Shown here: piece after piece, positions 40,658 through 49,046 of the stretch | Layout: each line of letters starts with the position of its first letter | How positions within the stretch are numbered: the stretch's first letter is position 1 | From: Deltaproteobacteria bacterium | GTDB lineage: Bacteria > Myxococcota_A > UBA9160 > SMWR01 | Assembly: GCA_032128375.1 (NCBI GenBank) | Contig: JAQBGU010000087.1 | Coordinates: forward strand, 1 to 50,259 | Direction of reading: 5' to 3' | DNA length: 50,259 nt | The notes under the pieces: generated by a model | Told to the model about the DNA's origin: nothing | Seen by the model: the letters and a program-made list of their open reading frames with translations, nothing else | Databases searched by the model: none | Program-made: the position numbers and the translations under genes

Positions 40658-41310
40658 CGTGCTCCTCCCTGTGCCGATTCGCCTGCCGTCCGCAGCCGGT
40701 AGAGCAACTGCAGGGCGGCACCCGCTCTCGGCTCAGATCCGCCTTGTGCAAGCTCATTCAATATTTCGGCTGCAGCGTTGCGGCCTGAGACTGCGAGCCC
40801 GTTCAGAACCTGAGCGCGCATGGTGTCGGCCAACCCATCGGAATGTGCGCCCGCTCGCTGCCAGCGAGGCAGCGTGGTGCCAGCGCGCACACGGCTCGTG
40901 AGCCAAGCGAGCGCGCGATCGTCGCCGCGTGCTAGGTGACCCATTGCGACAGGCACAGCTACGCGTGCGCGGTAGACCCCCGACGGGACGTCACCCGGCT
41001 CGTCTCGGCCGTACCACTCGAGTGTCTCGAAGGCGCGCAAATGGCCGCTGATGCCGAGCGCAAGCACGATGTTGGAATGGAATGGAAGATGATCACCGGC
41101 GCGCAGAAGCTCGACCAGATGTTGTGCGCCGGCCGCGGTGAGCTTGCGCGCGCGCTCCTGCGGCAAGCCTTCAAAATAAACTGCGAGAACGAGATCTTCG
41201 GCGGACCGCGCGTCGGGCGAATCGACGGACGCACCGACTCCAATTGCTACTACAGAGATTAGAGCGCACAGAACGGCTGCTCTAGTGCGTCGATCGGCTG
41301 TTCGAGTCAT
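40654..41310 (-). CDS. Hypothetical exported alpha-helical (HEAT-like) protein
   Basis: Signal-like N-terminus from ATG 41310 and repeated LALG/VAMG/NGLA helical motifs. ATGA overlap with the protease gene. Confidence 0.7.
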   Translation of the reverse strand: MTRTADRRTRAAVLCALISVVAIGVGASVDSPDARSAEDLVLAVYFEGLPQERARKLTAAGAQHLVELLRAGDHLPFHSNIVLALGISGHLRAFETLEWYGRDEPGDVPSGVYRARVAVPVAMGHLARGDDRALAWLTSRVRAGTTLPRWQRAGAHSDGLADTMRAQVLNGLAVSGRNAAAEILNELAQGGSEPRAGAALQLLYRLRTAGESAQGGAR

Positions 41311-41938
41311 GTCACCCCCCCCGGAGCAATCTACGATACCGCGGCACGCAGCGTAGCTGTCTCGACCTGCCCCGCGTTCGCTTGGCACGACATGATCAAT
41401 TCGAGCCACTTCGACCACAGAGAGACGATCGCGTAGCAACGCGCGACACTATCCCGCCATCGACGAGTTCATACGGGGAGGGATCGACTACCCGCGCCAA
41501 CCGATGTGGATGCGGCGTGAGACTTCCCAGACCACGTTCATGGGGGTCAGCTACCAGAGTACCAGCGCAACCGGGTTGTCGGTCCACAAAGTGCCAGGAG
41601 CCGAGCCCCTCTTTGTGTCACGACGAAAGACCGGATGACACTCGCGTGACGATCACACTGCCGGAAGGCACAAGCTCGCCGGACGATTGAAAAGTACGAT
41701 CTCCCGCAGCCAGCGAAAACCACCGTAAATTCAGTAGCCTGCGAGATCCAGGTGCGTTGACGAGCGGAGGCCCCGCTCCTATCTTTGCGTGCCCCCGATT
41801 GAACCCGGTAATCCTGCTGGGTGCGACTGTAGAACCGCCAGTGACCATTCACCCGAACGCCAGCGACTTTCTCGGTCGACCGCCGCCCACCCGTCGCCGT
41901 GCCTCGCGCGGTGTCCGGTGCACTGGGGATAGGCGCAA

Positions 41939-42109
41939 ATGACACGAATTCTCGCAATGACCGGAGGCTTGCTGATTGCCGCCGCAGCCCTGTATTTCTT
42001 GGCGGCCGGCGACCGGGATTCGAACGGGGTGGCCGGGCCGAACCACGAATCCATCGATGACGACTCGCGTCAAAAGCTCAACAACGTGCTGCGCGATGCG
42101 GGCGGCTAG
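41939..42109 (+). CDS. Small membrane-anchored hypothetical protein (56 aa); not in the ORF track
   Basis: MTRILAMTGGLLIAAAALYFLAAGDRDSNGVAGPNHESIDDDSRQKLNNVLRDAGG*. It stops 5 nt before dgt. Confidence 0.65.
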   Translation: MTRILAMTGGLLIAAAALYFLAAGDRDSNGVAGPNHESIDDDSRQKLNNVLRDAGG

Positions 42110-42114
42110 CTGAC

Positions 42115-43299
42115 GTGAAGATCCTGCGCGATCGGTCAGCGTTCGAGCGCGAAGAGTCGGAGCGCTTGGCTGCATTTGCGTGCAAGAGCAGCGAGTCGCG
42201 CGGGCGCATTGTCGCCGAAGCCGAGCATGCCTATCGCACATCGTTCGGCCGCGATCGCGATCGCATAATACACTCTGCTGCGTTTAGGAGACTCGAATAC
42301 AAGACCCAGGTCTTCGTCTATCACGAGGGAGATCACTACCGCAATCGGCTGACTCATACTCTCGAAGGCAGCCAGATCGCTCGGACGATAGCCCGCGCTC
42401 TTCGCCTGAACGAAGAGCTCGCCGAGGCTGTGGTGCTCGCGCATGACCTGGGCCACACGCCATTTGGACACGCCGGTGAGCGGGTGCTCGCCGACTTGAT
42501 GTCGGATCACGGGGGATTCGATCACAACCGGCAAAGTTTGCGCGTCGTCGATCTGCTCGAGGAACGCTACCCCGCTTTTCGCGGTTTGAATCTCAGCTAC
42601 GAAACGCGCGAAGGGATCTTGAAACACGGCTGCAATTGGCCGCACCCCGTCGCGGTTCCCCAATTGCTCGCGCAACCGAACCTGGAAAGCCAGGTGGCCG
42701 ATTACGCAGATGAGATCGCTTACACGGTGCACGATCTAGATGATGGATTGCGTTCGGGGTTGATCCAAATCGACGACCTCGAAGCGTTGGAGCTGTGGCA
42801 GCAGACCTTTTTCGAGGTAAGCGATCAGCTGCGCGATGCCTCCGCCCGGGTCCAGTTTGCGCAGACGATTCGCGCAATGATCGACCGGTTGGTGACCGCG
42901 CTAGTTGATGAATCAGCGACTCGGCTCGCTCATGCAGGTGTGGGCAGCGTGGATGAAGTGCGCCGGACCCAGCAGCGGCTCATCGGCTTCGCTGAAGATC
43001 TCGATAGCCAGCGCGCGAAAATGCGTTCGTTCCTCTATCAGAATCTCTACGAACACCCGCGAGTCGCCTCAGCGAGTGAGCGCGCCGCACAGACGATTCG
43101 CGATTTGTTCGCGCATCTTCGAGACAACCCCGAACGGCTGCCCCAACACGTGCAAGAGCGATTCGCGTCCGATGGAGAGATGCGTGCAGTGTCTGATTAC
43201 GTAGCGGGCATGACCGACCGGTACGCACTCGGTCAGTACGCAAAGCTCGCCAGCGGCAAAACCCTCGCCGGTCCACGACGGGAGCATGGCGATGCTTGA
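42115..43299 (+). CDS. dgt: Deoxyguanosinetriphosphate triphosphohydrolase (HD family)
   Basis: RDRDRIIHSAAFRRLEYKTQVF, RLTHTLE, AHDLGHTPFGHAGE, ADEIAY..HDLDDG and DYVAGMTDRYA motifs. Confidence 0.95.
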   Translation: MKILRDRSAFEREESERLAAFACKSSESRGRIVAEAEHAYRTSFGRDRDRIIHSAAFRRLEYKTQVFVYHEGDHYRNRLTHTLEGSQIARTIARALRLNEELAEAVVLAHDLGHTPFGHAGERVLADLMSDHGGFDHNRQSLRVVDLLEERYPAFRGLNLSYETREGILKHGCNWPHPVAVPQLLAQPNLESQVADYADEIAYTVHDLDDGLRSGLIQIDDLEALELWQQTFFEVSDQLRDASARVQFAQTIRAMIDRLVTALVDESATRLAHAGVGSVDEVRRTQQRLIGFAEDLDSQRAKMRSFLYQNLYEHPRVASASERAAQTIRDLFAHLRDNPERLPQHVQERFASDGEMRAVSDYVAGMTDRYALGQYAKLASGKTLAGPRREHGDA

Positions 43300-43563
43300 G
43301 CTCGCTACTCGGCAACCTTCAGAAATAGGCTGGGTTGAGCATTTTTGCGATTTTAGGGGTGTTCATACCCCACCTTCTCCCCGCGATAGGCAGCACCGTC
43401 GGTCCGGCCGATGGGTTGAGCACAAGACTCGATTTGGGCCGCACGAATGGCTGGCGGGGCGACGCGAGGACGTCCATTCTATCCACCTTCCTGAGGTTCT
43501 CGGGTTTCCGGCGGTTGGCCGGGGTTCGGCTGGCCTCATCTTATTTCATACGGAGAGCTCTCA

Positions 43564-44769
43564 ATGAGCCCGCCGAACCAGATTGGGCTCCCCGAGGCCT
43601 TGGAGCGCGCTGCTAGCGCGCTCAAAAAAGATGCCGGCGCCATCCGGCCGGCAAACGGCGACCCGCTTGCGCTGCTCGACCTGCTCGAACCAGTTGCTGC
43701 GGCACGCGTGCTCGAGTGGTTGTTGATCAACGAGCCGGCTGCCGGCTGCGAGCTGGCCACCGAATGGGCCGATGCCGGTGGCGATGCGGCCGAGCCGCTC
43801 AAGCGAATCTCCACCGAGGGGTTGCCGAAGCTGGCCCGCAAGGCGCTAAAGCGCGCCCACCACAGGCTTCGCTCGCGCGGCGAAACCATCCCAGAGCCGA
43901 AACCGGGCACCGTGGTGGCGAAGCTTCCTGACGTAAAAGACGACTTGGCTGCGGCTCTGGTGTCGCTGGTAGACGCACGCGGAACACGGGTTGCGTATCT
44001 GGTGGAGCCGCACCCGATGGGCGGCGCGCGGCTGATCGTGGCTGCGCTGAACGAGAGCCTCGGCGTGGTCGAGTTCGATGTCTTCAATAGTGGTCGCAGC
44101 AAGATCAAACAGTTCATCCGGGATACCACGAGCCGCAGGGAATACCCTGCGGTCGCGGCTCCAATCGCCTCCGTGCAAGCGCTCATCAGCCGAATCGCCA
44201 AATACCACCCCAGCGATCGGCCGCTGCCGCGCTCGTTTTCCGATTGGCGTTCCCGCGTCAGGCCGGCCGCAGGAACGAAGACTCCGGGCGAGCTGGCACG
44301 GGCAGAGTTCTCAGAGCCGGAAGACGCCGAGGCCGCAATCGAGCGCATCACCGCACTCGTGAGCGATGGCAAGCTGGGTCCCTGGCCGGCCGCGAGCGAT
44401 GTATTGCAGCCGATTGCCGAGAGCCTCAGCGATGCGTCGACTGGGGTGCTGATCGTCTCACCTACGGCGCGTCAAGCGCAAGTCGATCTCACGCTCGATG
44501 AAGCGATCGACACCGTCTTCGACGAAACATTCGCCAGTCGAACGGCTGAGCGCTTCGAAGAGAGCGCGTACTTCTACTGGCAACTCGGCCAAACCGATGA
44601 CGCTTCGGCGTGTCTGGTCGCCGCTACCGCATTTCGCAACCAATCCCCGAGTTGCCGTCCGATTGGGCGTGCGATGCTCGAGGTCATACTGGCGCCGGTG
44701 TTGAAAGCCATCGGTGAATCATCAGAGGAGCAGCAGGGAGGCAACGTTTCCCTTCTGGTGAAGCCCTGA
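43564..44769 (+). CDS. Hypothetical protein (401 aa)
   Basis: Long ORF with normal protein composition and a GGAG RBS. No motif recognised. Confidence 0.8.
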   Translation: MSPPNQIGLPEALERAASALKKDAGAIRPANGDPLALLDLLEPVAAARVLEWLLINEPAAGCELATEWADAGGDAAEPLKRISTEGLPKLARKALKRAHHRLRSRGETIPEPKPGTVVAKLPDVKDDLAAALVSLVDARGTRVAYLVEPHPMGGARLIVAALNESLGVVEFDVFNSGRSKIKQFIRDTTSRREYPAVAAPIASVQALISRIAKYHPSDRPLPRSFSDWRSRVRPAAGTKTPGELARAEFSEPEDAEAAIERITALVSDGKLGPWPAASDVLQPIAESLSDASTGVLIVSPTARQAQVDLTLDEAIDTVFDETFASRTAERFEESAYFYWQLGQTDDASACLVAATAFRNQSPSCRPIGRAMLEVILAPVLKAIGESSEEQQGGNVSLLVKP

Positions 44770-44774
44770 GTACG

Positions 44775-45122
44775 TTGCTCGGACGAGGACGTATCTGGCG
44801 CGCCACCTTGACGAAGAATTCAGACGGCGTCGTGCTCGAGACTGCGAAAGCGCCGCTCGCTGAAGACAATCCAGATCTCAAAGAATTGACAATCGAGATT
44901 CCACTCGGGAAGTGGGGTCTCGTAGTAAAACACGTGCAATCGGACCGCAAACTGCTCGGCGGCGTCCTGTTGGATTTCGCAAAGCACAAGGAGCGCGTCA
45001 GCGCGGCGGTGGGCAACGATCGACTCTACTCGGAACTACAGCGCGTCATTCTCGACGCGACAGTCACCCTCGTCGAAGTCGGCCAGTTGATCCTCAAGCT
45101 GCCGGAGGCCTCGGCGGAGTAG
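44775..45122 (+). CDS. Hypothetical protein (115 aa)
   Basis: Starts 5 nt after the previous stop and has globular composition. The TTG start is uncertain. Confidence 0.7.
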   Translation: MLGRGRIWRATLTKNSDGVVLETAKAPLAEDNPDLKELTIEIPLGKWGLVVKHVQSDRKLLGGVLLDFAKHKERVSAAVGNDRLYSELQRVILDATVTLVEVGQLILKLPEASAE

Positions 45123-45176
45123 GCACGCACACGGTGTGCCACCGCGGGTCCGATACGAATTGAGGGAGAAATAGCG

Positions 45177-48125
45177 ATGAGACGCCGATTTGGGCGAGGA
45201 CGAAAGAGTCGAACTACGGGCGGGTCGCGGGCTACAGACATCGATGCCGCCAGCGTATTTGCGAGGATCATCCAAGCGAAACTCGTACCCACAGAAGCAC
45301 TCGAACCGGTGGCTTCGGACGACATCCCCAATCATTACGCGACGGTCGGAGTCGGAGAGGGGGAGGGCGGACGCAAGCTGATCGTCGCTTTCGCTCCCGA
45401 CCATGGTGGAAATGCGGCGCTCGCCGGGCTTGCCCATGCGCAGCTCCTCGCCGCCAGAGATGGATTCGCAGGAGAAGTCATCGCGGTGTGCCCGCAGTGG
45501 TCGATCGCCGCTCGGCGTCGACTCGCACTGCTCGGACAGGGGACTTTTTCGTTCCGAGCGATTGCCGCTTCGGCGCTGGCCGATGGGGAGAACACGATCG
45601 TTTCCGCCGATAACTCTGAACGCGAAGTCTGGTTGCCGGCAGCCAGGGTCACGGATCGGCTTGTTGCAAGTGAGGATCGCGAACTGTTTTCTCGCGGGCT
45701 CGCGGCGTTGGAAGGGTTGGCGGCCAAGCACGGGGGCGTCGTCCGAGGGATTGGATCTTGCGTCGAGTTCGTGTTGCTCTCGCGCCGCGTTGCGCTGATC
45801 CGAGCAGATGACGGTGCCATTTCGCTCGAGACGATCCTCCCCGAGAAATCGCGCGAGAGGCTGGACGCGGACCAACTTGCGACTGCTCTGGATCGCCTGG
45901 AAGGACATCTGCGCAAGCGACTGAACGACCGACGCATTCGCACGAGCGAAGAGGGCGTACGTTCGCGATTGTGGGCTGCGCTCGCTGCCGCAGAACAAGT
46001 GCGTCAACCGACATGCTGGCCATTGGGTGGGGCTGATGCCGAGGTGATCGATTTCGCTGGTGTAGGCCCGGACGGCATCCCGGTCGTAGGTGCGCTTCGT
46101 TCGAAGCTTTCGCTTCCGACACTGGGCGTGATTCTGGACGCGGTCGCGGAGTTGCAGTCGGCGTTTCCTGCACTGCTGGCCGACGCAGAGGCACCCGTGC
46201 GGCTGGGTGTCGTTCGGCTGGCGTTGGCAGCGGCCGAATTCGACGGGGGTGCGCTGGCGCTACTTCCGCTGCTTGCGCTCGACCACAAGACTTACGACAT
46301 CGTAACGCCCCGGGGACGGGATCCCGAAATTGTCCTGCGTGGTGAGGGGGCCGCGGCTGCTGTCGCGCGGCCGGCGAGCCCGCCCAGGAGCCGACCGCTT
46401 CAGAAGCCGCTCGAAAATGCACACGCCGGTTCCGATTCAAGCGGTGATGCAGAAAAGTCCGACGAGGCAACGGAAACCGAATCGGCAGCGGATTCGGAAG
46501 ATGACGCCGGTTCGGAAGGATCGCGACCGGGTGCAGCCCGCCGACGGCGAGGACGCGGCCGGCGTAGTGGATCCCGAACCGGTCGCGAGTCTGGCGAAGC
46601 TGCCCGCGATTCGGATGCAGATGCAGCTTTTGAGGAGTCGGGTTCTGGAGATTCGGCTGAATCTCGCTTCGATTCGATTTCGTTGTTCGACCTGGATGAC
46701 GGCAATGGCGACGAACCCGTCGCGCGCCGATCGCGACGAGGTCGCGGACGCCGACGAGGCCGCGGAAATGGGACGTCCGAAGAGGGCGATTCCGGAAAGG
46801 ATTCTAGCGGAGAAGCGGACGCTCCAGAACCCGCGACCGACGCGGAAGCCAAGCAAACATCATCTGACCGGAGCCGCGGACGCGGGCGCGGTCGTGGTCG
46901 CGGGCGGGGACGAAGTTCCGAGCACGATGCGCCGGAGGATGCAAAGTCCGAATCCAGCATCGACGATGACGATGACGACGACGGTGACGACAGTGTCGAC
47001 GGCGATACCGCACTCCCGGTCGTCGCCGACATCGACGAACCCGATCTCGAAGCCGTGCTGGTGTACGACGATGAGGCTGACGATGGGGCGCCGACTCCGT
47101 CCCGGGCGACTGCTCAGGTGGAAGCCGAACCCACTGAGGAAAGCGACCTGCGGCGGCCGCGGCGTAGGGCGGTGATCGTCGCCCACGCCGACCGCGGATC
47201 GCTGGTTGCGGCCATTCTGTTGGCTCGCGACATCCGGCTGCTAGAAGGCTTCTGGGTCTATCCACAAGAAGATCTGATTACGTTCTTTCGGAGCATTGCG
47301 ACGAATCTGCGGGACCAGACGCCGATCTATTTGGTGGGGTTCACGGCATCACCGGCCCGAGACATCATTGGGGCTGCTTCGCTGTACGCCGGGCGAATCG
47401 CGTGGTTTGACCATCACGATTGGCCGCCCGAAGATCTCAATAGTCTGCGCGAAGCGATTGGTGCGGAGAACGTGATTGTAACCCAAGGCAACGAGACCCC
47501 GGTTTCTGCAGTCCTGGTCGACAGGACCCGCCGAAGTCGCTTCTCGGACAAGATCGTCGAACTGGTGACGGGGCGCTTCAGCGAGCACGACTTCGAGCGG
47601 TGGGGGCGTGTCTGGTGGGAGAGGTTGGCGTCCATCGCCGCGAAGCCTGGTGATCGCCGCGCTGAAGTCGATGGCATGCTGGTGGGACGTCCCAGCGATC
47701 TAGCCAGGGAGGCTGCCAAGCTCACGCCGCCAGCCCCGCCGCCGGAAGTCGAGTTCATCGCAGGCAGGGATTTCCGAATCGTGCACTTTGGCGGCTACCG
47801 AATGGTCGTGGTGCCGGTTCCGCCCCAATTCGATCTTCACTTCACATCGCGCGTGGCGCGGGAGCGCTATGCATCCGAGCTTTCGCTCAGCTTCATAGAA
47901 GGCGAGGAGCTGATGGTATTCAGCGGCGACGAGGGGCGTACCAAGCGCAACCTCGACATGCTCTCGATGGCCACCCATCTCGATGGAAAGCACGATTGGA
48001 TCGAAAAGCTGCCGAGCGAGGATTATGTCGCTCGGATTCGCGTACACGATTTCGCTTCTCACCCAGACCGACTCGACGAGGTGATCTCCCAGATCGCGAT
48101 GGGTCGTTCGATTCTCGAGGGCTAG
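45177..48125 (+). CDS. Large hypothetical protein: degenerate nuclease-like N-domains, RG-rich/acidic disordered linker, DHH-like C-domain
   Basis: GAGGGAG RBS, VIDFAGVGPDGIPVVGALR segment, RGRGRG and poly-Asp tracts, and AHADRGS...WFDHHDW. Confidence 0.85.
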   Translation: MRRRFGRGRKSRTTGGSRATDIDAASVFARIIQAKLVPTEALEPVASDDIPNHYATVGVGEGEGGRKLIVAFAPDHGGNAALAGLAHAQLLAARDGFAGEVIAVCPQWSIAARRRLALLGQGTFSFRAIAASALADGENTIVSADNSEREVWLPAARVTDRLVASEDRELFSRGLAALEGLAAKHGGVVRGIGSCVEFVLLSRRVALIRADDGAISLETILPEKSRERLDADQLATALDRLEGHLRKRLNDRRIRTSEEGVRSRLWAALAAAEQVRQPTCWPLGGADAEVIDFAGVGPDGIPVVGALRSKLSLPTLGVILDAVAELQSAFPALLADAEAPVRLGVVRLALAAAEFDGGALALLPLLALDHKTYDIVTPRGRDPEIVLRGEGAAAAVARPASPPRSRPLQKPLENAHAGSDSSGDAEKSDEATETESAADSEDDAGSEGSRPGAARRRRGRGRRSGSRTGRESGEAARDSDADAAFEESGSGDSAESRFDSISLFDLDDGNGDEPVARRSRRGRGRRRGRGNGTSEEGDSGKDSSGEADAPEPATDAEAKQTSSDRSRGRGRGRGRGRGRSSEHDAPEDAKSESSIDDDDDDDGDDSVDGDTALPVVADIDEPDLEAVLVYDDEADDGAPTPSRATAQVEAEPTEESDLRRPRRRAVIVAHADRGSLVAAILLARDIRLLEGFWVYPQEDLITFFRSIATNLRDQTPIYLVGFTASPARDIIGAASLYAGRIAWFDHHDWPPEDLNSLREAIGAENVIVTQGNETPVSAVLVDRTRRSRFSDKIVELVTGRFSEHDFERWGRVWWERLASIAAKPGDRRAEVDGMLVGRPSDLAREAAKLTPPAPPPEVEFIAGRDFRIVHFGGYRMVVVPVPPQFDLHFTSRVARERYASELSLSFIEGEELMVFSGDEGRTKRNLDMLSMATHLDGKHDWIEKLPSEDYVARIRVHDFASHPDRLDEVISQIAMGRSILEG

Positions 48126-48135
48126 CACCACCCCA

Positions 48136-48915
48136 ATGGAAGTCTCCGTAAATCTCGTCGAGATTTTCTCGTCGATTCAAGGGGAGGGGACGACGGTCGG
48201 GGCGTCGACGTTGTTCGTTCGCTTCGGCGAATGCGACTTGCGCTGTCGCTGGTGCGATTCACCGCACACCTGGAAGCCGGCGGCCGAATGTCAATTCGAA
48301 CTCAAGCGCGGTACCGGTGAGTTCCGTACGCAGCCCAACCCATTGCATATCGCCGACGTCGTGACGGCGGCAGGCGTGCTGAAGGTTGCCGAGCACGAAT
48401 TTGTCAGCCTGACCGGGGGAGAGCCGCTGTTGCAACCGGCGGCAGCGCGAGCGATCGCCGTCGCGCTGCGCGCGCGCGGCCCCCGAATCCTGCTCGAAAC
48501 ACACGGCCTTGCAATCCATGGCCTCGAATCGCTAGTCGATGTCGTCGATGTGGTTTCGATGGATTGGAAGCTCTCGAGCGATGTGCGGCGCGCCACTGAC
48601 GCGCGAAACGCGCCCGTGGAACCGTTTCACGATGTGCACGAGCGGTTCTTGGCGATCGCACGACGAGCGCCCGAAGTGAACGTGAAAATCGTCGTTACCT
48701 GCTCTTCGGGTGACGACGAAATAGACGAAGCCGTTGACCGCGTCGCGAGGGTCGCGCCCGAGGCGACCCTGATCGTGCAGCCGGTGACCCCGAGCGGCCC
48801 GGTGCGTGATACCCCGTCGGCCGAGAGGCTGCTCGCACTGTGCGCCCGCATTGCCGGCCATCTGCCAAAGGTTCGGCTGATCCCACAGACACACAAAAGC
48901 TATGGCGCTCTCTAG
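48136..48915 (+). CDS. queE: 7-carboxy-7-deazaguanine synthase (radical SAM)
   Basis: EIFSSIQGEG, FVRFGECDLRCRWCDS, SLTGGEPLLQ, LETHG, SMDWKL and RLIPQTHK motifs. Confidence 0.94.
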   Translation: MEVSVNLVEIFSSIQGEGTTVGASTLFVRFGECDLRCRWCDSPHTWKPAAECQFELKRGTGEFRTQPNPLHIADVVTAAGVLKVAEHEFVSLTGGEPLLQPAAARAIAVALRARGPRILLETHGLAIHGLESLVDVVDVVSMDWKLSSDVRRATDARNAPVEPFHDVHERFLAIARRAPEVNVKIVVTCSSGDDEIDEAVDRVARVAPEATLIVQPVTPSGPVRDTPSAERLLALCARIAGHLPKVRLIPQTHKSYGAL

Positions 48916-49046
48916 GCTGGATTCCTGACCACTCCGACACTGCGGGGTGGGTGACTGCCCCGGGCCACTCGCCGGACGGATCTTCGCGACTGTGCCGGGT
49001 ACCCGGAGTTGCAGCCAAGGCGCGGAAGGCCGGTTTGTCCCGGGCG

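Noticed and set aside
43300..43563. Small ORFs and a TGGGTTGAGCA direct repeat (43331, 43412) after dgt
   Set aside because: The ORFs lack protein-like features, and two 11-bp copies alone do not support a call.
48136..48915. Radical SAM enzyme as the maturase for the PqqA-like peptide
   Set aside because: It has clear QueE motifs, no SPASM or RRE domain, and is 44 kb away.
42115..48915. Dpd (7-deazaguanine DNA modification) island
   Set aside because: No dpdA/tgt paralogue, folE, queD or queC is present, and queG in the window points to tRNA queuosine synthesis.
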